Below are positions 18,270-27,966 of a stretch of DNA of 59,525 nucleotides, in pieces. The notes beneath the pieces are model-generated. The model did no database searches, was not told the DNA's origin, and worked only from the letters and a program-made list of their open reading frames with translations. Made by a program: the position numbers and the translations under genes. Position 1 is the stretch's first letter. Every line of letters begins with the position of its first letter. Origin of the DNA: a virus (lineage: Duplodnaviria > Caudoviricetes). The stretch spans positions 1 through 59,525 of IMG/VR virus record IMGVR_UViG_3300044530_001484. One strand, written 5' to 3'.

Positions 18270-19760
18270 ATGAGACTGTTTAGCGAAAAGGTAACACCAA
18301 CCTTTACTAGCTCTAACCAGAACATCTTAACTATTAAAGATTTCAATGAAGTCTTTTTTGATGTTTATGAGTTAGAGATAAACGGAAATAAATACATAGC
18401 AGAAAAGGTTTCTGAATATAAAGGAAATCCTGTAGTAAATATTCCTATAGTAATTGAAGGTAAGGAATTAGAAGCTCCGTTTGTAATACAACGAGGCGAT
18501 TTTGAAGTATTGTATAATGCTTCAAATCGGCAAATAGGTGAGAGTACTTCGGCAAGTTTATTTTCTGTAGCTGAAGCTAAAGATAGAGAAGAAGAGCTCG
18601 AGAGTATTATCTTTGAAAAAAAGGAATCTATTTTAGAGGAAATAAAACAAGCTAGACAAGCTGCAACTAAATTTGCAGATGCTATTCAGCAAAGAAATTT
18701 AAGTCGACTAGAAGAACGTGATAATAGAGAACGAGAAGTTTTTGTTGAGTCTACTGAAAGTTTCAAAAAAATTCTCTTAGAAGAATTTTTAAGTATATCA
18801 GAAAATACACGAGATGAATTATTTACATATACACAACAAGAGAATGCAAAAGCGTATGAGTATATTACAGATACTGTTAGTCAGTTAGCAGAAAGGCTCT
18901 CGCTCGAGTTAGATAAAGAAGTTACTCTACAAAATGAAAAGACGGTTAAATTATTTAAGAATAATATTTCGTCCTTAGCTAAGAACATATTAACTGATAA
19001 GTTACTTAAAAAAATTGCTACTAATAACAGTGAGAGTAATAAGGCTTTAGATATTAAGTTTGAGACAGTATCTAAAACCCTTGTAAAGGTCCTCGGTGAT
19101 TATGAAGTTCAGCTAGATGAGAAGATAAAATCAGCTTTAGATAGCTACGAATCACACATCATAACATTAGAGCAGTCTAATATTGAACTCAATGATTCTA
19201 TTATTAAAAGTTCAAATAAAGCTTTAAGCCGTATCGGTAATATTAAAACTCAGTTAGAGGAATCGATAACTAATATATCTTCCGAATTAACAGATAAAAT
19301 TACTTTAGCTGAAGGTAAGATTCGCGACTATTACGATGAACGCATTACCTTAATTGAGACTAGTGTAGTAGATTTTACATCAAAAGATAAAGCTCGAATA
19401 AAAGAGCTTATAGAAGAAAGTAAACAGTCGATACTTAAAGAAGTCAGCGTCATTAAGAATAATGTACCTTCTATAGTAGTTGAAAAGACCTCTGAGCTTA
19501 AGGGAGACGTTGATGTAAAAAAGATTAAGACGGACTTAGAGAAATCTATTTCAAATAGGTTCACCCAAGAGCTCGCTAACGTACGAAGGATTATAGAGTT
19601 ATCGTCAGGTGGAGGCTCTGTAGCTCAACAGTTTGCCAACGGTGGAACCATGAACGGCGATTTAAATGTTACGGGTAATTACTTTATAAATGGTGTTAAT
19701 ATTTTAGAGTCATCTACTAACGACTCTAGTTCAATAATCAAAACTTCAATGTTCATCTAA
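18270..19760 (+). CDS. Long coiled-coil protein with fibre-like C-terminus
   Basis: Glu/Lys/Leu-rich helical body ending GGGSV..GGTMNGDLNVTG; TAAATA at 18258-18263. Confidence 0.55.
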   Translation: MRLFSEKVTPTFTSSNQNILTIKDFNEVFFDVYELEINGNKYIAEKVSEYKGNPVVNIPIVIEGKELEAPFVIQRGDFEVLYNASNRQIGESTSASLFSVAEAKDREEELESIIFEKKESILEEIKQARQAATKFADAIQQRNLSRLEERDNREREVFVESTESFKKILLEEFLSISENTRDELFTYTQQENAKAYEYITDTVSQLAERLSLELDKEVTLQNEKTVKLFKNNISSLAKNILTDKLLKKIATNNSESNKALDIKFETVSKTLVKVLGDYEVQLDEKIKSALDSYESHIITLEQSNIELNDSIIKSSNKALSRIGNIKTQLEESITNISSELTDKITLAEGKIRDYYDERITLIETSVVDFTSKDKARIKELIEESKQSILKEVSVIKNNVPSIVVEKTSELKGDVDVKKIKTDLEKSISNRFTQELANVRRIIELSSGGGSVAQQFANGGTMNGDLNVTGNYFINGVNILESSTNDSSSIIKTSMFI

Positions 19761-19773
19761 TAAAATAAACAAT

Positions 19774-20139
19774 ATGTCAAATTACACAAAAGAATTCCTA
19801 TCAGAAAGTATAAATGGTAAATCAATTACTATTTCCGCGTCGGGCATTAATACAACAACTATACATACTACACCGATAAGTTCAAATATTGTAGATGAGG
19901 TTTGGATGTATGCAACAAACCCAACGACATCTGATGTTACGTTTAACCTATTATATGGCGGCACAGACTTTACCACAGATATATTATTTGAGGGCGTTAT
20001 AGAAGCTTATGCTGGCAGTGTTTTAGTATGCCCAGGGCTTATCGCCAAAGGCGATGGTACGACTGGATTTTCAATATATGGAAATTCACCAACATTAAGT
20101 GGAGTTAATGTATTTGGTTATGTGAATAGAATTAGTTAA
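19774..20139 (+). CDS. Hypothetical virion/fibre-associated protein
   Basis: 121 aa, DEVWMYATN and NVFGYVNRI; directly upstream of the repeat fibre gene. Confidence 0.55.
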   Translation: MSNYTKEFLSESINGKSITISASGINTTTIHTTPISSNIVDEVWMYATNPTTSDVTFNLLYGGTDFTTDILFEGVIEAYAGSVLVCPGLIAKGDGTTGFSIYGNSPTLSGVNVFGYVNRIS

Positions 20140-20142
20140 TAT

Positions 20143-22347
20143 ATGAGCGCTAGATATGGTAATAAAGTTGGACCGCTGGTGTCCCGAAAAACATCTTTCT
20201 TTAAAAAGAATAGATACGATAGAAATTTAATAAAAAAACCAATAACTAGTTGGACTCGTCCTGTGGATTGGTTGACCATGCCAACCATTACAAGTTCTGA
20301 GCAAAAAATAGCATTATTAATGCCGATTTTTCCACAGGGTTCTAATTTGTTAGCTTTTACAGTGGCTGGAGCGTATACGGTTGATTGGGGAGATGGAACA
20401 AGCGAAAATTTTGGTAGTGGGGACAAAGCGCAACACCCATATGATTATGCTGATCCAGATTTAAATGCTACCGTTACAAGTGATGGGTATAAAATGGCTG
20501 TTGTTGTAATTACTCCAAATGGAGGAAATTTAACATCAGTAAATTTCAATCAATTGTATACACAGACTGGATCTACATTCCCAAATAGCTCTCCGATTTT
20601 AGAAATAATACTTTCTTGTCCAAATTTAACAAGTATCACACTAGGTAATAACACCGCTGTAAATGCTTTTTGTAAAGAATTGATCAATTTTTCTGGAATC
20701 AATATGGGAGAAGTGACTAGTTACCAAAATTTGTTTAACAATTTAGCAAAGTTGTCAAACGTATCATTCGGCATAATCGGAAATGTTACTAACATGGCTA
20801 ACATGTTCACTAATTGTTTCTCTTTGACATCAGTTCCACTTTTTAATACAGCGTCTGTTACTACCATGGCTAACATGTTCACTAATTGTGCCTCTTTGAC
20901 ATCAGTTCCACTTTTTGATACAGCGTCTGTTACTACCATGGCTAACATGTTCACTGGGTGCTCCTCTTTGGTAACAGTTCCACTTTTTAATACAGCGTCT
21001 GTTACTACTATGATTACTATGTTCCAAAATTGTTTCTCTTTGGTAACTGTTCCCCTTTTTAATACACCTATATTGACTAATACAAGTGGCATGTTCCTCA
21101 CTTGTCGCTCTTTGACATCAGTTCCACTTTTTAATACAGCGTCTGTTACTCTCATGAACTCTATGTTCAGTGGTTGTACCTCTTTGGTAACAGTTCCACT
21201 TTTTAATACAGCGTCTGCTACTCTCATGAACTCTATGTTCAGCGGTTGTTCCTCTTTGGTAACGGTTCCGCTTTTTAATACAGCGTCTGTTACTACCATG
21301 GCTAGCATGTTCCTAAATTGTGTGTCTTTGACATCAGTTCCACTTTTTAATACACCAATAGTGAATACTATGAATGCCATGTTCAGCGGTTGTTCCTCTT
21401 TAACAACAGTTCCCCTTTTTAATACAGTGGCTGTTACTATCATGAGCAGCATGTTCATTAATTGTTCCTCTTTGGTATCAGTTCCACTTTTTAATACAGC
21501 AATAGTTACTGCCATGGATGCCATGTTCAACGGTTGTTCCTCTTTGGTGACAGTTCCAGCTTTTAATACACCACTTGTGGCTAATTTTTCTGGAATGTTC
21601 CAAAACTGTTTATCTTTGGTATCAGCTCCGCTATCAGGCAGTTTTATAGCTGGTGCAGGAACTACCACCTTAAAATTTGCAGGTATGTTTTCAGGGTGTG
21701 TATCTCTTACAAGAGCATCATTAAGTGGGGCTGAATACTCAATAGCTTTTACTGGTTGTAAATTAAACAAAGCAGAACTAGAATCCATATTTGATAATCT
21801 TGATACAATTGGAGCAGCATCACAAATAATTACAATAACCTCAAACTGGGGAGCACCAACACCAGTATCATTAACAGGAACCAGCACAGCACGAAGCACC
21901 ACTGTAACAATGGCTAGCACAACTGGTATTGAGGTTGGTATGCAAGTCACAGGTACTAATTCACCTTTAACTACCATAACAAGTATAGGTTTAAATAGCA
22001 CGGATAATCGTGTTGATTTAACCAGTCATGGATTGATCGACGGAGACGAAGTTGTATTTACAACAATATCGGGAACGACTGGAATTACGGACAACATAAT
22101 TTATTATGTCGCTGGAATTATATTACCAAATTCTTTTCAGTTGGCAGCAACGCCTAGTGGGTCGGTATTAACATTAACAGGAAATGGAACTGCAAAATTA
22201 AGACATAGAACAGAAGTAGCATCAATCATCCCAAACACAAGTGTTACTATGACTAGACCAATGGCAGGAACTTCCTCAAGTACCTTAGCCTTTCGACAAT
22301 TGAGAACAGGAACAGCATTATTAAAGGGTTGGGCAGTAACAGGATAA
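20143..22347 (+). CDS. BspA/DUF285-like leucine-rich-repeat fibre, putative receptor-binding protein
   Basis: N-terminal RPVDWL..P and VDWGDG; 11 x 24-aa SLxxVPLFNTxxVxxMxxMFxxC repeats; C-terminal KGWAVTG. Confidence 0.7.
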   Translation: MSARYGNKVGPLVSRKTSFFKKNRYDRNLIKKPITSWTRPVDWLTMPTITSSEQKIALLMPIFPQGSNLLAFTVAGAYTVDWGDGTSENFGSGDKAQHPYDYADPDLNATVTSDGYKMAVVVITPNGGNLTSVNFNQLYTQTGSTFPNSSPILEIILSCPNLTSITLGNNTAVNAFCKELINFSGINMGEVTSYQNLFNNLAKLSNVSFGIIGNVTNMANMFTNCFSLTSVPLFNTASVTTMANMFTNCASLTSVPLFDTASVTTMANMFTGCSSLVTVPLFNTASVTTMITMFQNCFSLVTVPLFNTPILTNTSGMFLTCRSLTSVPLFNTASVTLMNSMFSGCTSLVTVPLFNTASATLMNSMFSGCSSLVTVPLFNTASVTTMASMFLNCVSLTSVPLFNTPIVNTMNAMFSGCSSLTTVPLFNTVAVTIMSSMFINCSSLVSVPLFNTAIVTAMDAMFNGCSSLVTVPAFNTPLVANFSGMFQNCLSLVSAPLSGSFIAGAGTTTLKFAGMFSGCVSLTRASLSGAEYSIAFTGCKLNKAELESIFDNLDTIGAASQIITITSNWGAPTPVSLTGTSTARSTTVTMASTTGIEVGMQVTGTNSPLTTITSIGLNSTDNRVDLTSHGLIDGDEVVFTTISGTTGITDNIIYYVAGIILPNSFQLAATPSGSVLTLTGNGTAKLRHRTEVASIIPNTSVTMTRPMAGTSSSTLAFRQLRTGTALLKGWAVTG
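20783..21630 (+). repeat. 72-bp coding tandem repeat, about 11-12 degenerate copies
   Basis: ttgacatcagttccactttt at 20824 and 20896 (72 nt period), continuing to about 21630; end points approximate. Confidence 0.9.
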
Positions 22348-22351
22348 TTTT

Positions 22352-22753
22352 ATGACACAAGGATTTTATAAAAAACAAAACAACGAAATACAATACGCTC
22401 CTAATTATATTGAGGGTAATGGATATATATTAATTTCTTCCGAGAAAGACATATACGAATATCCAGTAGATGGATGGTATTGGTTTAATAGCGAAATATT
22501 GGCAAATGATTTCTTCGTAAATGACTCTAAAAATTTTGTAACACAAAGACAACTCAGATTAGGGCTTTTACAGTCTGGAATTGACCCCGACACTATTACA
22601 GCAATGTTATCATCCAATAAGGAGTCATTAATTGAATGGAATTATGCCACAACAATTGATAGAGAGCATCCACTGGTTAGCCAATTGGGATTAGCATTAG
22701 GAAAAACTTCCAAAGAAATTGATGATTTATTTGGGATGGCCAAAGAATTATAA
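22352..22753 (+). CDS. Tail fibre assembly/chaperone-like protein
   Basis: YPVDGWYWF, RQLRLGL, EWNYA...HPLV, EIDDLF; follows the fibre gene. Confidence 0.5.
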   Translation: MTQGFYKKQNNEIQYAPNYIEGNGYILISSEKDIYEYPVDGWYWFNSEILANDFFVNDSKNFVTQRQLRLGLLQSGIDPDTITAMLSSNKESLIEWNYATTIDREHPLVSQLGLALGKTSKEIDDLFGMAKEL

Positions 22754-22818
22754 ACATATGAATAATCAGTTGAAGGATAGAGTCGGATTGATAGTTTAGA
22801 CCGAGCTAATCTAAAACT

Positions 22819-22852
22819 AAAAAGACCTAGTATTTCTACTAGGTCTTTTTTT
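22819..22852. terminator. Bidirectional intrinsic terminator
   Basis: aaaaagacctagta-tttc-tactaggtcttttttt perfect 14-bp stem between convergent genes. Confidence 0.9.
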
Positions 22853-22872
22853 ATATTTATACGAATTAAAAA

Positions 22873-23298
22873 TTAACGATAACCTAAGAGCCAGAGTCTT
22901 TTTATTTCAGGGAATGAAGTATCAAAACCATTTGCTGTAAGTGATTGTTGTGTTGTCCCGGTAAGTACGGTAAAGAGTGATGAAGACTCGTCAGTAAACA
23001 ATAGAGCCATTGTCCCACCGTTATAAGCACGATCTACTCTGAATGTAGTACCAGAGAATGCAGATAATGTTGCGAATGAACCTGTACCTGATGCGGGTGA
23101 TACAGCAGAAGAGAGTAGAGTGTTAAACGCGATACCTCTTACTCGTTTTGAGCTAAGTGCAGGTGTTGTTCCTGCTGTACCTACTGTTAATAGTTCTACT
23201 GTTTTAAATGTACCAGAACTCGATAAAGACCAGCTTAAGTTAGCTGGGCTATCTCCAAATGCTGATAATGCCTGATTGTTAAAGCCGATGACTGCCAT
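22873..23298 (-). CDS. Hypothetical virion protein
   Basis: Ser/Thr/Gly-rich; start moved from 23352 to ATG 23298, with TAAATA at 23304-23309. Confidence 0.6.
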   Translation of the reverse strand: MAVIGFNNQALSAFGDSPANLSWSLSSSGTFKTVELLTVGTAGTTPALSSKRVRGIAFNTLLSSAVSPASGTGSFATLSAFSGTTFRVDRAYNGGTMALLFTDESSSLFTVLTGTTQQSLTANGFDTSFPEIKRLWLLGYR

Positions 23299-23373
23299 AT
23301 TAATATTTATTCCTTTAGGTTGTATTTTTAATAAATCAGCGACTATCTGCACGACTTTCTATAAAATGTATAT

Positions 23374-24312
23374 TTATCGTTGATACTTTAATAGTACTTC
23401 TTTTTTGGATGAGGTTGACTTATTAAAATGTGACACGGCAGCTGATGTACCTAAAACAACTCTGCTTGCTAATTTAAAACTGCTATCCATGTTATCACTT
23501 ACAGCTTGCTCGTATGTATCGTTAATAACTATACCAACTCTTGTAACGGATGGTTTAATACTATTTACCAGCATTGCGTTTATAAACCTATTATAATCCT
23601 CAATATCCTTAAACAGTTTACCGTTATATCTCTCTACATTATAATACGGCGGACACGTAAATACACAATCATAGGTTTCTTGAGGTATAAATTTTGTACA
23701 ATCATTATTATATAGAGTGCACTTATAATTAATAAACTTAGCAATAGTATTGCTACCCATGAACGTCTTATCCCACATATCATTATAGATATAATCAATA
23801 TCAGAAAGATACGCACCTATTAGTCTGTGCCCCCAACCACCACACGGGTCATATATACACGATACATCTTCTTCATGAGCATACTTCTTTAGCCATAGAG
23901 GAGAGAAGTGTGAATAACCGGTGTGTATACCTGATATCTTAAAGCCTCTTAAAATCTCACGGTCTGTTAGTGTGTCTTTATTTAGATATTTTCTTCTATT
24001 CTCTTTCAGCTTCTGTTGTATGATCTTATCCTGCCACAATTCTCTTTCTACATCGAAAAAGTGTGGTTGAAACGTATGAACTAGACGATTCATTCCTATA
24101 CTACACGTGTATTTTGCCTCACGTAACTTATATAACTCTAGCTCATGTCTGCATTGATCGTGTGTGTAAGCGTAAGTGAGATTTTTACTATCTCGCAACC
24201 ACTTATAAACAGTATTTAATGATACAATACCTTCAAATAACTCTGCACACTCCGTTACAGTATTTTTACTTGCATATTCAACTACAGCATCTCTGAGATC
24301 TTTACACTTCAT
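23374..24312 (-). CDS. Amino-DNA methyltransferase-like protein with N-terminal HTH
   Basis: IYDPCGGWG (SAM binding) then FTCPPYY (xPPY catalytic motif). Confidence 0.7.
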   Translation of the reverse strand: MKCKDLRDAVVEYASKNTVTECAELFEGIVSLNTVYKWLRDSKNLTYAYTHDQCRHELELYKLREAKYTCSIGMNRLVHTFQPHFFDVERELWQDKIIQQKLKENRRKYLNKDTLTDREILRGFKISGIHTGYSHFSPLWLKKYAHEEDVSCIYDPCGGWGHRLIGAYLSDIDYIYNDMWDKTFMGSNTIAKFINYKCTLYNNDCTKFIPQETYDCVFTCPPYYNVERYNGKLFKDIEDYNRFINAMLVNSIKPSVTRVGIVINDTYEQAVSDNMDSSFKLASRVVLGTSAAVSHFNKSTSSKKEVLLKYQR

Positions 24313-25069
24313 ATTTTGCTTGCTTAGATAAATTATCTCTCTCCCATAGAGGTTGATAATTTGAGTGGTGACAAATCTCTTTAAGTAGATCCATATTAGA
24401 AACTTCCTTAAGCATTGCGAGTGGTTTAATGTGATCTAGATGCCAGCAATGATCACCTCTACCATGATTATCCCAGGACATACCTTCAACGAATTGACTT
24501 TCTATATGCACTCTAAACTCTTCTATCGAACAACCAAGATACTTTATTGATGGGTGTGAGCGAGATACATCAGAATATTTTACAGCTTGTCGTACATGCT
24601 CACGTATATTACATCTTAACTTATATAGAGGATCCTCATTATACTTTCTTCGAAATACACCTTTTGTTTTATCCTCTAAATACCGACTCTTTGACTTTAT
24701 TAAATAATGCGCCCTGTTATCGTGTCTGTGTTGTTTGACATTCTCATTAAGCTTTACTCGCGCCTCTGCAGTCAGTCCTTCATACCATTCCTTCCACTTC
24801 TTTGGTGTTATACCCTGCAACTTACGGTATTCTCTATACTCTTTATTTCTCTTCTGTACCTCTTTATCGAGCTTTGTTTTTTGATGTCTCTCTTTACCTT
24901 TTTCTGATATCTCCTGCTTTACCTTTTTTGACGCGAGCCAATACCGTACATTCTCAGGCCAAACATTAAATTTTTCTTTCACAGTCTGTATACCATGCTT
25001 TTGCGCATAAGCAATAATTTCTTGCTTCTCAGTATCAGTATACTTCTTATTACGTCTAAACTCACTCAC
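24302..25069 (-). CDS. HNH-type endonuclease with N-terminal HTH
   Basis: YLGCS..GMSWDNHG..WHLDHIKPL..CHHSNYQPLW..DNLSK. Confidence 0.75.
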   Translation of the reverse strand: MSEFRRNKKYTDTEKQEIIAYAQKHGIQTVKEKFNVWPENVRYWLASKKVKQEISEKGKERHQKTKLDKEVQKRNKEYREYRKLQGITPKKWKEWYEGLTAEARVKLNENVKQHRHDNRAHYLIKSKSRYLEDKTKGVFRRKYNEDPLYKLRCNIREHVRQAVKYSDVSRSHPSIKYLGCSIEEFRVHIESQFVEGMSWDNHGRGDHCWHLDHIKPLAMLKEVSNMDLLKEICHHSNYQPLWERDNLSKQAKYEV

Positions 25070-25133
25070 TATAATATTATTTAATCAAACCGAATATATT
25101 ATCAACCTAATAAAAATAATAATTAGTTTAGTC

Positions 25134-25170
25134 CAAAAGTGAACCGCAGGCGCTTCGGCACCTGCGGTTC
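25134..25170 (-). terminator. Intrinsic terminator downstream of the major capsid gene
   Basis: Minus strand gaaccgcaggtgc-cgaa-gcgcctgcggttc then actttt; 13-bp GC-rich stem with one G:U pair. Confidence 0.75.
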
Positions 25171-25236
25171 TTAGTTTGTTGTGTTGATTCTTAGAACACC
25201 AGATCTTAATAAGCTAACTCATTAAGACTCAATAGG

Positions 25237-26706
25237 TCAAAAATAGACCGACTGATTTGCTGGTGAGAACGCAATACCAAGACCCTGAACAATTACAACG
25301 TGGTAATAAAGATTAGCACCGAAGATATTATCAACGACACCATAACGTGTAAGCAAGCCGACACGTGGAGCGAAGTCATTCGGTCCGATTGTTCTTTGTA
25401 CCATGATAGGAATGTATGGGCAGTAGATGATACCTGTATCATAGAATTCAGAACCCTTATACCCAAGAAGGGCATACTCAATACCACCGGAGTTAGCGCC
25501 ACCTGTGGTGTAGCCGGATCCTTGATATTGTGATGTGTTCTGTACTTCAGTACGTGTATCACGGTAGACTGCGAATCTTCCACCAACTGAACCTACCTTG
25601 GCAATACCAACTGGTTGTGTTGATACGTCACCTTGAACAGGTACCCACTGAAATTCAGGGAGCATTTCAAGAATGGCGCAAACACGTGGTGTTGCAACAA
25701 TGAAGTTAGCAGCGCCGCGTCTATTACGGACAGCAACTCTGTTTGCTTCAATGATAAGCTTTTGATAGAAGTCTCTATTTCTCTCAACGAGCCAGCGGCC
25801 GTCTGCAGAAGCAGGGGACCAGAACGAATATGAACCACCGTTAAGGGCGGATTGGATCATTCTCATGATCATTTCACGGTCGATTTCAGCTTGGATCTCA
25901 TACGACATAGCGTTTGTGATTTCAGCATCGATATCGATACCATTCATATTCTTAAGGTCTTGCTCAAGTTCAACGGACCAACGAGCGCCAAGTCTACGAG
26001 TACCAGCTTCAACAGCTGTCTTTTCAAACTTGACTTCGATTTGTGGGATGTTACCAGTGATTTCAAATGCTGATAAGATTTGGGCAACGCCCTGATCTTG
26101 GTCAGCAAAAGTCCAGCCAGCAGCTGTGCTACCACTAAGTCTTTGTGACGATGCACCAGTGAAACGGGTATCAAGATATTGATAACCTAATTCTCTGTTA
26201 GCAACTGTACCGGCATAACCAGCACGTTGACCATCACCACCGGTACCTGTTGCAATGCTGCTACCATCAATACCGGAACCAAGGTTCTGTGATTGATAGG
26301 TATAACGAAGTGCAAAGGCAAGACCTACTGGACCAGACATTGGTTGAACACCAACAATCTCGTTCGAGATAAGTTCTGGGAATGTACGACGGATCATCGG
26401 GATGAGGATCTTTGGAAGACGTGCATCACCCGACGCATATGTGTCGGCTGAGTTGATTGCACCTGTTCCTGGATTGTAGTTACCTTGGCTTGTAGCACCA
26501 AAAACACCACCACCATTGGTGTTAGCTTCTTGGATGCACCATGCTTCTTGGTTCTCAAGTAGCATAGCTGTGTTCAAACGGGTATTTTCATCACGAATTT
26601 CTCTTACGGAATCTGACTTAAAGTCAAGAATAGGGGCCCACTTCTCAAGAAGTTGGTCTGCTCTTGTCTTGTCGACAAATGATTGTGTTGGACGTATGTT
26701 TCTCAT
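25237..26706 (-). CDS. gp23: Major capsid protein (T4 gp23-like)
   Basis: LLEKWAPIL, LLENQ, VGVQPMSGPVGLAFALR, ELEQDLK, AEIDRE, YCPYIP and LTRYG. Confidence 0.97.
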   Translation of the reverse strand: MRNIRPTQSFVDKTRADQLLEKWAPILDFKSDSVREIRDENTRLNTAMLLENQEAWCIQEANTNGGGVFGATSQGNYNPGTGAINSADTYASGDARLPKILIPMIRRTFPELISNEIVGVQPMSGPVGLAFALRYTYQSQNLGSGIDGSSIATGTGGDGQRAGYAGTVANRELGYQYLDTRFTGASSQRLSGSTAAGWTFADQDQGVAQILSAFEITGNIPQIEVKFEKTAVEAGTRRLGARWSVELEQDLKNMNGIDIDAEITNAMSYEIQAEIDREMIMRMIQSALNGGSYSFWSPASADGRWLVERNRDFYQKLIIEANRVAVRNRRGAANFIVATPRVCAILEMLPEFQWVPVQGDVSTQPVGIAKVGSVGGRFAVYRDTRTEVQNTSQYQGSGYTTGGANSGGIEYALLGYKGSEFYDTGIIYCPYIPIMVQRTIGPNDFAPRVGLLTRYGVVDNIFGANLYYHVVIVQGLGIAFSPANQSVYF

Positions 26707-26785
26707 AATTATATATTTTTCCTTTCGATTAACTCAGGCCACTAGTATGGGCCTCATTGTTCAGGGTTAAAAACTCTTTACCTTA

Positions 26786-27637
26786 TTATTTATACTTTTG
26801 GAGCTCAGATAAGTAAGGATTTCCTGAAATTTGTTTGTTTTCTGTAGATTCTTTTAAAACAGGTGCATCAGCTTTAACGCTTCTTGTTTTAAAAGCTTCT
26901 TCTCTTATAATGTCGATATTTTCCTTTTCTTTCTTATCGAACAATCTAAGTGTGTAGTCAAAATTCTCTTCGATAAACTTAGGTGATTTATCGCTAAGAA
27001 CTCTCTTTATATATTCTTTCTTTTTATCTGAAAGACCTGATGTCTTTGTTTCGATAAGAAGGGAAGCTTTTGTCTTAAAATAACTCTCTCTAATAAGAGC
27101 GTTTTCTTTTGAAAGTTCAGATACTTGTGTGGTGAGTGTATCAATTTGTTTCTTACCATCAATAACAGCATCTTGTACTGACTCACTCATAAGAGCTGAA
27201 TCAATAGCTAATACCTTACGAAGATTACCGAGAACTTCTCTTGCTGTTCTATTCTTAGTAGCCTCAGCAATTGCTTGAGTTGGAATAGCTTCATCAAGAA
27301 ATTCTTCTAAGTAATTAGAAATCGCTTCTGTAAGGGTAGCTTTAAATTGCTTAGCTTCTGTTGTAAGCTCACGCTCATATTTTTTAACAACTTTAACAAG
27401 CTTACCTGCGTTGCTTTTATCAACAGCTTCAACAACTCTTTTTAATTTAGTTGTATGGTCTTTGTCAATAGCAGTGATAAGTTGTTCGAGTTTCTTCGAG
27501 TAAAGATCGTCCTGTTCGGTAAGAGCAGCTTCAACAGTTAATTGAAGTTTCTTACTGAAAGCACTCTCAATAACTTGTAAAGATTCTTCAGAGAGAATCT
27601 GCGTTGCTTCGTCGGGTAGTATGTTCTTGACTTTCAT
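26786..27637 (-). CDS. gp22: Prohead core scaffold protein (gp22-like)
   Basis: Acidic/basic coiled coil directly upstream of gp23; start moved from 27667 to ATG 27637. Confidence 0.75.
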   Translation of the reverse strand: MKVKNILPDEATQILSEESLQVIESAFSKKLQLTVEAALTEQDDLYSKKLEQLITAIDKDHTTKLKRVVEAVDKSNAGKLVKVVKKYERELTTEAKQFKATLTEAISNYLEEFLDEAIPTQAIAEATKNRTAREVLGNLRKVLAIDSALMSESVQDAVIDGKKQIDTLTTQVSELSKENALIRESYFKTKASLLIETKTSGLSDKKKEYIKRVLSDKSPKFIEENFDYTLRLFDKKEKENIDIIREEAFKTRSVKADAPVLKESTENKQISGNPYLSELQKYK

Positions 27638-27638
27638 A

Positions 27639-27953
27639 TTAGAAGAGAGGTTCGTTAAGGGATGCACTAATTCTGTTTTCGATTTTGCTGTCCACTATAC
27701 CTTTTAAATATTTATTGGCTTGTGCGTAGTTTTTAGAAGAAATAGCGTTGATAAATTTAGCAATACCAGAAGACTCAGAAACCATTTCTTCATCTTCCTT
27801 TTTAGCGAAGGGATTACCTTTACCTTTTGTTTTAGGTGTCTTTTTACCTGTAGCTTTTTTAATAGCCTTAGATTTTACACCCTCATATTCTTTACTAGGC
27901 GATTCTAGCTTACCGTCTTTATCGTAATCTTTTTTAGCTGTTTTCTTTGCCAT
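27639..27953 (-). CDS. Small prohead core-like protein
   Basis: Lys-rich, KKDYDKDGK motif; between gp21 and gp22; full TATAAATA at 27959-27966. Confidence 0.55.
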   Translation of the reverse strand: MAKKTAKKDYDKDGKLESPSKEYEGVKSKAIKKATGKKTPKTKGKGNPFAKKEDEEMVSESSGIAKFINAISSKNYAQANKYLKGIVDSKIENRISASLNEPLF

Positions 27954-27958
27954 ATTAT

Positions 27959-27966
27959 TATTTATA
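27959..27966 (-). promoter_or_regulatory. T4 late promoter consensus TATAAATA
   Basis: Exact T4 gp55 consensus 5 nt before ATG 27953. Confidence 0.75.

Noticed and set aside
20783-21630. Possible CRISPR array or DGR template
   Set aside because: The repeats are contiguous, in frame and lack unique spacers; no cas or reverse transcriptase gene is in the window.
20721-22001. 426-aa antisense ORF
   Set aside because: It is the shadow of the 72-bp coding repeat; it has no promoter or independent motif.
25293-26770. Many short ORFs within gp23
   Set aside because: These are alternate-frame and antisense by-products of a higher-GC, codon-biased gene.
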